This document shows positions 38,656-51,320 of a stretch of DNA of 64,000 nt, piece by piece. The position numbers and the translations under genes were made by a program. This DNA is from Sminthopsis crassicaudata (lineage: Eukaryota), in assembly GCF_048593235.1 (NCBI RefSeq), contig NC_133620.1, positions 94,862,852-94,926,851 on the forward strand, written 5' to 3'. The notes beneath the pieces are model-generated. The model saw only the letters and a list, made by a program, of their open reading frames with translations, did no database searches and had not been told where the DNA came from. Numbering within the stretch: position 1 is the first letter of the stretch; the number at the start of each line of letters is the position of its first letter.

Positions 38656-38907
38656 TCTTCATACATTTTTCAATGATGTGCTTTGTACAATAAAGTTAAA
38701 ATTATAAAGTAATATAACTTGGGGAGAAGATGGTTATGGATGTGAGTGAGAATATACATGGTATGAGAATATACAGGCATAAAGCACTGTGATGTAATGA
38801 AAAGTATGAAACATGAGGGTTAAGGTTTTCGTTATGTTTCTGTGGGAATCCAGACAAGTCATTTCTATGTGCCTTAGATTCCCTAGGACCTTAGATTTAG
38901 AGCTGCC

Positions 38908-39268
38908 AGTGAAGTGATTCAGACCAGTTCCAATGGTCTTGTGATGGAGAGAGCCATCTGTACCCAGAAAGAAGACTGTGGGGACTGAGTGTGGATCATA
39001 ACATAATATTTCATCTTTGTTGTTGTTTGCTTGCATTTTGCTTCCTTTTTCTTTTTTTTTCTTTTTGATCTGATTTTTCTTGTGCAGCATGATAATTATG
39101 GAAATACATATAGAAGAATCACACTTATTTAACATATATTTGATTACTTGCCATCTAAAGGAAGGGATGGGGAAAGGGAGGGAGAAAAAAATTTCAGAAC
39201 ACAAGATTTTGCAAGGGTGAATTTTGAAAATTATGTATGTGTTTTGAAAACAAGCTTTATAAAAAAAG
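38908..39268 (+). mobile_element. L1 3' fragment
   Basis: ttccaatggtcttgtgatggagagagccatctg...ttttgatctgatttttcttgtgcagcatg...ttttgcaagggtgaattttgaaaa. Confidence 0.88.
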
Positions 39269-39279
39269 ATTTAGAACTA

Positions 39280-40100
39280 CCACTTGTTCAATCATCCAAT
39301 CATGTCCGACTCCATGTGACCCCATGAACTTTTATCCATGGAGTTTATTTGGCAAAGTTACTGGAATAGTTTATCATTTTCTTCCCCAGTGTATCTTCCT
39401 TTTACAAATGATAAACTGAATTAAATGGAGTTAAGTGACTTTCTTATAGTCATACAGCAAGTAAATGACTGAGAATAGATTTGAACTCAAATCTTCCCAA
39501 TTCCAGACAATGCTCTATCCCTATTTGATATATTGTAATATGTTATGTCATAATATAGTAACAATATATTGTATTAGAATAGATTATAGTAGATTATAAC
39601 AATATATTATATTGAAGTACTATGTAATTATAGAGGCTAAGTATTCTACTTTCCTTTCTTTGCAAGTGAGGAAACAAAGATCCAGAAAGTGCATTGCTCA
39701 AAGTTTACAGAGTGACTTATGGCAGAAAAGAGACAGAATTTGAACTCAGGTCCTCTGACTCCAATGCTCATTGATTCTTGCCCTATATAGTTCACCACAG
39801 TAATGAAATCATAGAATTCTTATCATATTCTAGTATGAATATGTTGGGATATGTATGTGTTTTTTTGTTGAACCATTTCAATTATATTTGACTCTTTGTG
39901 ACCCCACTTTGGAGTTTTCTTAGCAGAGATATTGGACTGATTTTCTATTTCCTTTTCCAGCTAATTTTACAGATGAGGAAACTGAGGTAAACAGAGTTAA
40001 GTGGCTTGCCCAGAGTCATACAACTAGTATCTAAGGAGAGATTTAAATTCAGTTTTCCTGACTCAAGGCTCAGTGCTCTATCCACTGAGCCATCCAGCAG
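39280..40100 (-). mobile_element. Two MAR1-family SINEs (about 39280-39520 and 39865-40100) with a MIR remnant between
   Basis: Both show a BovB-like tail, CORE and B-box on the minus strand. Confidence 0.8.
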
Positions 40101-40987
40101 TCCTATGTATATGTGATATATATATAAATAAAATGAAATAGTATGTCAGTAAAATAAAATTAAAGGCCTAAAGATGTCCTATTGATAATCTCAGATTTAC
40201 CTTACTTTTTAGCACATTCCGTATTACCAAGTGGAGTCTGAATAGAATCCAAATCAAAAAATGTTTGCAAATTACAGTGTAATTTTGCCTACTGTGAACA
40301 AACATTTAAATTATATTTATAAGGTCTTAGAACTGAAGTAAAAACACATTTCTACCTACAGTTTACATCCCAGAAATTGCCCTATGAGTAAATGTTTATT
40401 TAATCTGCCTGAATATTTTTCCCCTAAATTTCCAAACAGCATAACTGAAGGATCTCTCAACATAAATTCTAGATCAACTTGAAGAGTCAGTTTATTTGAA
40501 GTTGGTAATTAGAAAACTGAGCTAAATTAGACTAGCTAATTGACAACAAATTCAAAGCAATCCATTATGCAATCAAGTATGAGTATAAACAATTTAAAGT
40601 ATTATAATCTTCTAGAAAATGGGTATAAAAACATAAAATTTTGAATTTTGAAGTCATAATTCTGGAAAATTCACCAAATATTTTATAAATGTAAGACAGT
40701 CAACTTGAGTTGTGTGGACATGACAGTCAGCTGAGAGACAGTGTTGCAGAGTGGATGATGAGCACTAGAACTAAGAAGACCTGAATTCAAGGCCTCCCTC
40801 ATACTTAGTCTGGAACCCTAAGCTTCCAGTGCCTTGGGCAAAATCTCCAGGAACTCAATTTGAAAAAGAGAGTAGGAGTTTCTATATCAGTAACTTCCTA
40901 CATAAATAAAATCACACTTGTGGAAAAATAACAACAAAGGAGTTTACAAAGATTTGGAATAAATAACTAATAACTAAATAATTACTT

Positions 40988-41232
40988 GGGGCAGCTAGGT
41001 GGCACAATGAGTAGAATAACAGACCTGGAATCAAGAAGGCCTGAGTTCAAATCCAGTCTATAACTCTTGATTGTTGAATGAATCTGGATACATCCCTTAA
41101 CCCTGTTTCCCTCAGTTTCTAAATCAATAGAATGAGTTAGAGAAAAAGAAATGGCAAACCATTCCAGTATCTCTGCCAAGAAAACCCCAAATGGTGTTAT
41201 AAAGAGTGAGACATGATTAAAATGACTAAAAC
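40988..41232 (+). mobile_element. MAR1 SINE
   Basis: ggggcagctaggtggcac...gaaatggcaaaccattccagtatctctgccaagaaaaccccaaatgg. Confidence 0.9.
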
Positions 41233-41984
41233 TACATAAAAACTTAAATTGTCACTAAGGTCATTCTCAGCTCCAGATCTACAATTCTACTATCAGTCTA
41301 TCCTAACAATGTACACATCCAGGAAGGTTATTTAATTTTCCTGCCTTTTGAGTTTTTCACAAATCACAGAATGCCACATCTAGAAGAAACTTTTTAGTAC
41401 TTAGACCCATTTAGTACTTTCTTCTCATTTTAGAGATAGGGAAACTGAGTTTTAGAGAGATGAAAAGGATTTGTCTTGGTCACATTCAAAAGTAGACACA
41501 GGCAAGACAAAAACTTCTTCCAAACCTATGGTTCTTGTCCTCCATAAGAGCTGCCTTTTTTTTTCTTCAATTTCCTTCCCTGTTTTGTGTTGTGAGAGAA
41601 AAAAGAGACAGAGGTAGAGACATTGAGACACATATAGAGAAAAAAAAAAGTGAAAATTTGTAAGAGCATAATTAAAGTGATAACTCTAGAAAATTCCAAT
41701 TTAAGTAATTATCATTATCTTACCTTATAAAGCATGGAATAATAGTCCAGATTATGAAAGGATTTTTAATATAAGAGAATAGTCACTTGTTAGTGTCCTT
41801 TTTCCTTAAGGAAAGAATTGAAATTTTCCTAGAAGAATTTAGGTTACATTTAGAATTTCAAGAGAAAGCATTGTTAAATGCCAACAAAATGGATTATAGT
41901 AGAAAGTTATGGAATTCTCTTTCAGACAGAATGCTAAAGAAAAAAAACCAAACCTGCCTGCCTGGAATGCCTTAGGTCAAATCA

Positions 41985-42795
41985 TGCTTGGAAGCACAGT
42001 GATGGATGAGATTATCCCATGAGACTTTAAAACTATTGGATGAAAGTACAGATGGCCAACGTTGAATTTTCAGGTGACAGAGCCAGGGAGCATACATTAG
42101 ATGACATAATAAGAGCCAAAAAAAAAAAGGTTTCAGCTGGATGGAACAATAAGACAAATTTAATTAGATCAAATTTAATAAGTATAAACATAAAGTTTTA
42201 TATAGGTTCAAAAAATCAACCATCAAAGTTCAATATGAAGGAAGTATGGCTAGACAAAGTTCCCATGAAATATATTTTAAGGATTTAGTCGACCATAAAA
42301 GTATAGGAATGAGACACTGCAATTATAAAAGTGAATCTAAATTTAAAGAGGCAGCTTCAGAGATGGGACTGTACAGTGCCCTCATCATGTCACATAGGAA
42401 GTATCATGTTCAATTATGGATACCATGTTTTAGCAAGGGCATAGACAAGATAAAGAGGATCTTGAGGAGGGCAATTAGGATAATGAGAGGATTGGAGGCC
42501 ATGCCATATTGAGGATCAATTGAAGAAATTAGATAAGTTTGACCTGAAGAAAGTAAGATTTAGAGGAGACATGATAACTATCTTCAAGTTTGCAAAATGA
42601 GCTCTTAATATAGAAAAGAATTTGGCTTTATTCAGCTTGACCCAGAAGGCAACACTTGGAATAATGGATAGCAGTTGTAGAGGCAGATTTCACTCAACTC
42701 AGAGGAAAATCTTTCTAATAATTAGAGCTTCTCCAAGAATGGAATGGAGGTGGTGAGTTTCCCAGCACTGGAGGTCTTTGAACAGAGGCTGATTA
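41985..42795 (+). mobile_element. L3/CR1 LINE 3' portion
   Basis: ORF 42246-42512 reads LYSALIMSHRKYHVQLWIPCFSKGIDKIKRILRRAIRIMRGLEAMPY, a decayed form of CR1 LYSALVRPHLEYCVQFW...ERVQRRATRM. The 3' end has ttcccagcactggaggtctttgaacagaggctg. Confidence 0.9.
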
Positions 42796-43149
42796 CAAGT
42801 GATCATTTTTTAGGAAAGTAATAGTTGCTTTTTTTTATTCTGATGGGGACTGAACTAGTTTAAGTTGAGGGTACCTTTCAACTCAGAGTCTCTTTATTCT
42901 ATAAATGACATATAGGAAATTATCTCATAGCCTCCCTCCTTGGTCTTATGCTTTGTATCCCTACCTAGTGTTTCTTCTTCCTGCTTTGAAAATGCATTGC
43001 TATCACACAAAATATGAGTCAAATACCTAATCTTCTTTCAATCAACCAATAAATAAGCATGTACTGAACACCTGCTATGGGCCAAGCATACAAAATGGTG
43101 TTATTATCATTTTAATTTGTACATCTCCTAAGAACATATGGCAAAACAT

Positions 43150-43370
43150 ATAAGCTAGATAGTGCAGTAGATAAAACAGTAGTCCTGAAACCCGGAAGAT
43201 ACAAATCCTGTCTCAGATATTTTACTATGACTCTCAGTTTCTACATCTATAAAATGGAAATAATCACAGCCTCTACCTCACAGAGTTATTATGAAGATAA
43301 AATGAGAAAATAATTATAAAGCATTTAGCATAGTGCCTGGCAAATAGTAAGTGCTATATAAATGTTAGTT
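43150..43370 (+). mobile_element. MIR-type CORE-SINE
   Basis: ctcagtttctacatctataaaatgg...gcatttagcatagtgcctggcaaatagtaagtgc. Confidence 0.8.
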
Positions 43371-44094
43371 GTTGTTGTTATTGCATTAGATCAATAATCC
43401 CTCAATCTGCTATACACCTTTCCAGAACTGCCAAATTTTTGAGCTAGAAAAAAGCTAAGAGATCAGCTAGACCAAGTTCCTCATTTTGCAGATAAGAAAA
43501 TCCAAAGATCAGAAAATGAAGGGACTTGTATGGGTCCCACAGCTAGCTAGTGAGAGAGGCGGAAATTAAACCTGGGCATGCTGATTCTCAGAGCAATGGG
43601 CTTTCAATTAGACCATACCATGCTGTCCTTTTCAGGATGCTGTTTGAATCACTAATGAATGTCTGACAACTAGGGAAGAAACACTAAGCCTATTTTTGTA
43701 GAAGCAAAATGAAACAGGTTCAACTACTCAAAACTTTAGATTAAAAAAAAAACTAAAACTACCTCTAGGAAACATTTCAAGGATAAATTTATATTAATTT
43801 CCAGTCCACACTAATTTAATGCACTGAATCATTACCTAATTCTCTAGTCCTCTTGGCTTTTGTAAATATTCAGAAGTTGTACTACCTGAATTTAGAGTCA
43901 CAGAATGTTAAAACTGCAGATCCTTAATTTAGCAGCTGAGGAAACTGAGGCTTAGAGAATAGAAACAGCTGAAAGAATCTTAAACATAGTTACAGAGGAT
44001 TATTGCTCTGGATCTACCACCTACTAGCTTTATAACTAGAAAAACCATGTCTGAGTATTAGTTTCCTTATCTACAAAAAGGGAGTGATAATACT

Positions 44095-44232
44095 CTACTA
44101 GTACTACTACTACTATTCCTACAACTACTACAACCACTACTAGTAATAGTACTACTACTACCACTGTACCACCACCACCACCACCATTATCATCACTATC
44201 ACCTCAACTTCCACCACCACCACCACCACTAA
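44095..44232. repeat. Compound trinucleotide tract (CTA)n-(CCA)n-(TCA)n-(CCA)n
   Basis: Seen directly. Confidence 0.9.
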
Positions 44233-44235
44233 TAC

Positions 44236-44790
44236 AGCTAAGTAGTACAGGGGATAGAGTACTAGACCTGAAGTCAGGAAAACTCAGCTTCCCAGGTTCA
44301 GATCTGGCTTCACTCACTCACTTAGCTCTGTGGCGCTGGGTAAATCACTTACACCTATTTGCCTCAGTTTCCTCATCTGGAAAATGAGCTGGTGAAAACC
44401 CCAAATAGGGTCTTGAGGAGTCAGACAAGACTGAAAACAATTGAATAATAAAAACTACTACTATCAATTTATCAATAATCATTCATTAAGAGAAGAGCCC
44501 ATTATGTGTCAGGCACTTTGCTTGCTAGGGACTAAGGATATGAAGACAGAAACAAAACAACTCCTGCCTGTAAAGAGTCTGTGTTCTATTAAAAGAAAAT
44601 TCCTTTTGCTCAAGTCAAATCTGACCTTACTCACATACTAGCTGTGTGATCATGGGCAAGTCCCTTAACCCTGTTTGCTTAAGTTTCCTGATCTGTAAAA
44701 TGATCTGGAGAAGAAAATGGCAGTATCTTTTGCCAAGCAAACTCCCAATGTGGTTATGAAGAGTCAGACATGACTGAAAATCTATTGAAC
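44236..44790 (+). mobile_element. Two MAR1 copies (about 44236-44450 and a 5'-truncated one at 44620-44790) separated by an L2 end
   Basis: Both carry CORE cctcagtttcctcatctg and the gagtcagacatgactgaaa tail. Confidence 0.8.
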
Positions 44791-45689
44791 ATCATCACTA
44801 TGAAAGGGAACTGTGATGTGATGAATCTCTCACTAAGATAAAAAAAATTTATAATTAAAAAAAATTTATAATCTGCTTGCCAGTTAAATATCATGTATTG
44901 AGCAATCTTCTGAATGAAAAACATATACAGCTAGATTTGATTTTTCCAATAATTTTCAGTTTCTGAATATGCTTGATTTTTTTCTTTATGCCAATGTTGC
45001 CCAGCAGTCCTCTGGCCTCTGTGTTTAAAAGAAAATGCAGGCATTGCTCTCCCATTACCAGAGTATTCCATTTGTCCTGCTGGCTCTCATTATTAGGACT
45101 CAGCAAGAAGGCTTTATCAAGTTTCTATCAGAACAGTTTGTAAAGTGAAATGCCAATAGGAAGAAAGTTAGACATCACTTGACCCATGTCCAGTCACTCA
45201 TCTGTCAGTGGAGCTTAGTGCCCGTAACACAAGCAGCCTCTGACTGCTACTCATCTCTTATCACTGTCAGGACACAGATGAATGTATTTCATTTAAAAAA
45301 TGAAGGTTTTATCAATGGGCAAATAATTGCAGNNNNNNNNNNNNNNNNNNNNNNNNNNNNNNNNNNNNNNNNNNNNNNNNNNNNNNNNNNNNNNNNNNNN
45401 NNNNNNNNNNNNNNNNNNNNNNNNNNNNNNNNNNNNNNNNNNNNNNNNNNNNNNNNNNNNNNNNNNNNNNNNNNNNNNNNNNNNNNNNNNNNNNNNNNNN
45501 NNNNNNNNNNNNNNNNNNNNNNNNNNNNNNNNNNNNNNNNNNNNNNNNNNNNNNNNNNNNNNGAGCAGATGTAAAATCAATACAAGATAAAAAATAAGGT
45601 CATGGAGCAAGTGGGAGGGGTAGAGTTAGCAATTCAGCAGCAATTCAGAATCCTCAGATTCTAGCTTAATAATAGGTTCCTCAAAATGA

Positions 45690-46095
45690 GGGAAACAAAG
45701 TCATGCATTTGAGCTGAGCTTTGAAGGAAAGTCGGGATATTAAGAAATGCAATTGAGAAAGGAATTCCAGGCATGAAATACAGTCTATGCAAAGGTACAC
45801 AGATGAGAAAAGGAGAAACAACAAGTAGCCAAGTTTAGCTGGACCATAGGGTATGTGAAAGGGAAGTAATGTGCTATAAGACTGGAAAGATGGGTTGGAG
45901 CCAGAGCATGAAGGGATTTGAGTACCAAACAGAGGAATTTACTTTGGATCCTTGAAGTAACAGGGAAGTTATTGACTGGAGTAACATGTTCAGACCTTTG
46001 CTTTAGGAGTATCATATTGGCAATAGTGTGGAAGATGGATTAGAGGAGAATGAACAGAGGTAGGGAGATTATTAGGAGTTATTGCAACAGCCAAT
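45690..46095 (-). mobile_element. L2 body fragment
   Basis: ttgagctgagctttgaagg...ggagccagagcatgaagggatttgagtaccaaacagagg...gacctttgctttagg. Confidence 0.8.
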
Positions 46096-46229
46096 TTGTT
46101 TCCATAATCAAATATCTACATTAACCTGAAACTAAAATTATTAAAAGGCATATTTTCCAACCACACTATTACATTAGAAGGAGCATCTATGCTCTGAGCT
46201 TTCTAGGTAAGGAAGCTCCAGTAATCAGT

Positions 46230-46290
46230 TTTGTTTGTTTGTTTGTTTGTTTGTTTGTTTGTTTGTTTGTTTGTTTGTTGTTTGTTTGTT
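46230..46290. repeat. (TTTG)n microsatellite
   Basis: Seen directly. Confidence 0.95.
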
Positions 46291-48717
46291 TTTTGAGATG
46301 TAATATGTTAGAGGAAATATTAGAACTTAGGTTTTCCTGACTCCAAAACTGGTTCTATTTATTCTACCATATTGTCCACATAGCATACATAGTTAAATCT
46401 TTGACTATATTCTTACTTTTCTTATTGAACTAAATACAAAATAAGAAAAATAAAATAGAAAAAAAAAGAAAGAAAAGGAAAATAAAAAAGCATAGCAATC
46501 TTTGACTATATTAGCATTGACATGCTTAGGGATAGTCCTTTAAAAATCTGGGTAATAATATAATATATTCACTTCATACTTTTACTCAGATGCCTTTGTT
46601 AAATTGTACCTGATGGTGTTTAGATAAACAATAGAAATAGCCTGGAGTTCTCAGTACCATCAACATTCTATCCCAGGTTTTTAACACCCTATATATGATT
46701 TTCTAATTTAGAAAAATACTTGCTGTACACTTGTAGAATAAATGCACATATCTTTATATTAATGCCTGACTAATGTATGCAACTGAGAATAATACTGGCA
46801 AATAAGTATTTCGTAAAATTTATGTAATCATTTGAAATTCAGAAAGGATTGATTAGCATTCAAGTGATGCTACTGCTCAATATTTACACTATAGAGATTT
46901 GGCAGAAGCAAGTAATGGCACATAAAGTTGATGCTTGTCTTAATTAAATGTGGTTTAATAGGTGTTATATGGGTCTTGTTTTGTTGTGTTTTGTTTTCCA
47001 GTGAGCAAAGCAGTTTAACAATGATCAGATATAATTCATTTTGAAGTTCTGAGCTTAAACTTAATCAATATGTATTTATAGCCAGGAAAGAAGTGAATAT
47101 CATTTGTTATCTGGTAGCACTGGAATATAATTGCTTAAATAGCATTCATTTAAGCATATTTTAAAATGATAGGTTCTGCAAAATATGGTTATTCACATTA
47201 TACTAATATTGTCATTTTCCTAAAGATTGCTATTTAGAAGAGGTGATTTTTCAGGGATGATCTGAGAAGGGAAAAAAAATGAACTGATAATGTCAGGTTT
47301 CATTTGGGTAGAAATCTTTAACTGCATTGGGGCTTATCATATTGCTAAGGTCTTAAAATCAAATGATTGCCTTAGCTGTGACTCAATATAATGGTGGCTC
47401 AGTACTTTATAGAAGCATTTGCTTTAAGAATTTGGTCTCAGATCCCATTTCATCAGAGAGCTCCAGAGTCCAAAGAGCTAAAGAATCTTTTCCATAAGCC
47501 ACCAAATCAACAATTCACCTCTGAGTCATCTCCTTCTGCTTTACTTAAAATATAACATGACCAATTTTGGGCTGTGACTGCTGTTTGAAGAAGGAGGTCT
47601 ATAAGTCACTGTTCAGTTGACACAGTCTGGGTTTATTTAGTTCTGAGCCCCCGGAATATTGGGCTTCCTGAGACAATTTTTTGAATGTCCAAGGTAAGAG
47701 TTGTTGCTGCTGTTCTTGTTCAGTCATGTCCAACTTTTCATGACCCCATTTGGGGTCACAGAGAGAGACAGAGAAAGGGAGAGAGAGGGAAATGGGTAGA
47801 GAGACTGAGACAGAAAGACAGAGAGATAGAGCTTTCCTCAGATTTTTGTCAATGACAATGCTTCCTGACCACATTTCCACCATCACATGCCATGACATAC
47901 AAGTATAAAAGTTGGGATAAAATGAAGGATAGTATGATCTGTAAATGCTAATTGTGGACTGACTTTGTCCTCATCCTTATGGCTCAATACATGACAGCTT
48001 TGAATTTGGTCTCAATAGTTTATCTGAGAGCCCTAAGCTAGTCAGACTGGTGACAGCAGCCATAGCTCCAAAATGCAAGAACTGCCCTGTCACATGGCCC
48101 TTCTCTGATTCCAGGACTTTCCAGAGCAATACTACAACAGCCAACCCTTCAGTCCATTAATTCTCTAGGCCTATAAAATAACCATATTTATAGCCATTTC
48201 TCCCTCACTTTGTACTTATGTAGTTGATTTTCTTTAAAGCAAGCATAATACTTTCTAATCTTATTAAATTTTATGCCATTCAATTTGACCCATTGTTCTA
48301 GCTGTCAAGCTCCTTTTGGATTCTACCTATCATTCAACATGCTTCTTTATTTCTCCCAGTTCCCTATCCTTTACAGTCATTGATAAGAATGTTGAGCAAT
48401 ACAAACTCAAGGACAGATCCCTAAGGCACTCCACTAGGGACATTCCCTCCAACTTCATGTAATGGATAGTCTTTGGATCTGATTCTGAATCCCTTAAACC
48501 ATGATATCCTCTAGCTCTTTTTCCAGCATCTTCTTCACAAGAATTTACATGAAAGAATCCACCAAATGATTTGCTAAACTTGCTGAACTATGCCATCTCT
48601 ATAGCATTTCTATATTCTACTAGTTAATTGGACTGGACCTGTGGCATTATTAGTGTGTTTCCAGGAGAAAGACTCCCTTTACCAAATTCAGGTCAAAACT
48701 TGTTTTCCTAGCCCATT

Positions 48718-48860
48718 TTTTGTTGTTGTTGTTGTTTGTTTTTCTTTTTTGAGGCAATTGTGTCTTAAGCGATTTACCTAGGGTCACACTGATAGTAATT
48801 TGAATTCAGATCCTGCTAACTCCAGGGCTGGTGCTCTGTCTATGATACTGAGTGCCCTGA
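48718..48860 (-). mobile_element. Short CORE-SINE (WSINE1-like) nested in L3
   Basis: gaggcaattg...gggtcacac...tttgaattcagatcctgctaactccagggctggtgctct. Confidence 0.75.
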
Positions 48861-49585
48861 TCAGCTAGCATGTTTAATGAACCTATGTTTTCCTGACTCT
48901 GAGGCCAGCTCTCCTCTACATCACGTTGCTTTACCAGTCTCATCATAAAGTCAAGGAAAAAAATGAAAGGAGACCAGTATTAATGTGACTAGCTCTTAGT
49001 GAAGTCATGATGGCTTTGTGGGACTGCTGCTTCCTTTTTGAAAAGATCACAAACCATCCCTTTAATAATATATTCTAAAATTTTGGCTAATAGTTCAAAT
49101 AATCTATTTTTTAAACTTTTTCTAAAAATCAAGAAAACACTTGCTTTTCTCCCAGCCTGTGACATCTTTTCCATTCTTCAAGTTATTTAAAGATCATTCA
49201 GCAATTACAACAGCCAGTCTTTCAGGACCAAAGCTTATAGTTTCTTCTGATCTAGTGGCTTGAACTCATGAAGCACAACTAAATGCCATCATATAATCTC
49301 ACTGATCTTGAATTTCTATTCTGTTAACTGTTTTTGTTCATTCCTTCCCTTTCCAAAGATCATTTTCCTTAGAAGAAAAAAAAATAAATGCAAATATTTT
49401 TTTACCATCATTCATTCTTACTATCCCATTTATCTGAGCTATGGTTCTCTATCTTTGAAATATTTTTTGCCCGGAAATCCCTTTTTTGTTGTCCTTAGGT
49501 TTTATCACCAGCCCCAACTCATTCTGGGCTTTAGCCCTCCTGACACTATTCTTTCAGAATAAGGCTACTCTTTTGTATTCATTCT

Positions 49586-49728
49586 TTTTTTTTTTTTTTT
49601 TTTTTTGAGGCAATTGAAATTAAATGTCTTGCCCAGGGTCACATGGCTAGTAAATGTCTGAGGCTGAATTTGAACTCAGATCCTCCTGACTTCAGTCACT
49701 TTCTTCACTGTGCCACTTAGATGACCCT
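49586..49728 (-). mobile_element. WSINE1-type SINE with about 15-bp TSD, nested in L3
   Basis: TSD ttttgtattcattct (49571-49585) and ttttctattcattct (49729-49743), one mismatch; pure T tail. Confidence 0.85.
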
Positions 49729-50295
49729 TTTTCTATTCATTCTTAGTTACCTGTCTTTGCTACCATCTTTCCTTATATGACTTTTAAAAATCTCAGTATA
49801 CATATAAATCTCTTAGGCAGCTACCCCTTTTCTTTTTTGTTGAAATAACTTGTATATGTATAGAATTTCATTTTTGTGAGCTACCCATCCCTTTTGGACT
49901 TTATCCTGAAAAATATTAGCCTGTTGGATCCTTCCTCTGAATCCTGTAAAAATCACCTCTCCCCGAATCTAGAACATATGACAGTATCTATCTTACTTCA
50001 ATCTCCCTATGATGGAATGTTAAATTGTTCCCAAGTTTTCCATCATTTTCTCTGGTGATTAGCATCAGATTCTTTTCCTTGTCATTTTTTCCCACCATTT
50101 AAATTGTCTTGCTCAACACAGCACATCTCATTAGTGACAACAACTAAATCCTCTAACACTAAATTAAGAGCCCAGATGGATTTCCCTTACTCCAGTGATA
50201 TGGATTAGTGTAATTGGATCTCTCATCTTTCAGTTTAAATACATTCAATTAAATCTAAAAACCTTATAATCAAGAAATGGCATTGCCACCTACAT

Positions 50296-50297
<2 letters not shown>

Positions 50298-50335
<38 letters not shown>

Positions 50336-50403
50336 CCTTCAAAGGATGAGTTTTTTTTCAACTTTTCCTTTCAAGAATATTTTGGCCTAAATATATGTCT
50401 GTA

Positions 50404-50450
<47 letters not shown>
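50298..50450. repeat. (CA)n at 50298-50334 and (AT)22 at 50407-50450
   Basis: Seen directly. Confidence 0.95.
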
Positions 50451-50461
<11 letters not shown>

Positions 50462-51079
50462 CATATATATACATACATATACATGTGTGTGTAGGTAGGT
50501 AGTGTACTAAGAAATATAGCAAATGTTGAACCTGGAAAGAGAACATCATTTCATCTCTATCACCCTAACTCTGATTTTCTCATATTAACAGGTAAATTTG
50601 GTAGCTCTAGTAAGCAAGGCATTACCCAGTTCACCCTGTGTTTTCCTAACTAGACCTAAAATTTAGAACTAAGTGGAAGTAAACAAAATAGTCAGCAGTC
50701 TAGAACACAACACACAGACAAAAAAAATGCCACAACTCATTAAAAATGCCAGCAAATCTTGTTTTAGATGGCTTGTAGGTATTTGTTTTGTGATAAGGAA
50801 AGCTGTAGGGCTTATAGCAAGACTGAAGAGGCCAAATTTTTAAGAATGAAGCATAGAATGTTTAAGATCCCATCTCCACATCTAGAGTGCACAAACAAAT
50901 GCCTCATTCCAACTTTGTTGACAGCAATCCTGGTAAAAGATCATTGCTGTCTCAGACATCTTTTACCGAATGATTCTCTCCATGCCCAGTGATACAATTC
51001 TCATAAAGAGGAAGCAAAGGCAAGTGAAAATTAAAGTTTTGAGACTATAAAGAAGGGGAAGAGGAGGAGTAATGACAGT

Positions 51080-51320
51080 CATTATTATAGCAAATAGGTA
51101 GAATGCTGGACCTGGAAATCAGGAAAATCTGAGTTCAAAATTGGCCTCTGACACTTAGCTGTGCTATCATGGGCAACTCTATCTCAGTTTTCCCATCTCT
51201 AAAATGGAATAAAAAAAATAATAGCAATAACCTCCCAGAGTTGTTGTGAGGATAAAATAAGATAATATTTGTAAAGTGCTTTGCAAACCTTAAAGTGCTG
51301 TGTAAATACCAGTTGTTATT
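51080..51320 (+). mobile_element. MIR-type CORE-SINE
   Basis: ctgagttcaaaattggcctctgacacttagctgtg...gtaaagtgctttgcaaaccttaaagtgc. Confidence 0.85.

Larger units (their letters stand above)
48185..50190 (-). mobile_element. Long L3/CR1 remnant covering the RT domain, interrupted by younger SINEs
   Basis: Minus strand near 48390-48440 reads as decayed [21 protein letters not shown]. ORF 48989-49174 reads KASVFLIFRK...LAKILEYIIKGMVCDLFKKEAAVPQSHHDFTKS, a decayed form of ANVVPIFKK...GKILEQII...SQHGFTK. Confidence 0.85.

Noticed and set aside
42246-42512. 88-aa ORF as a possible gene
   Set aside because: Decayed L3/CR1 ORF2. Likewise 48989-49174 is L3 and 37087-37350 is L1 ORF2p.
45333-45562. 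Terminal NR5A2 exon hidden in a gap after ...ttgcag
   Set aside because: The gap is only about 230 bp and is followed by L2 sequence rather than a long 3' UTR. No other gap has suitable flanks.
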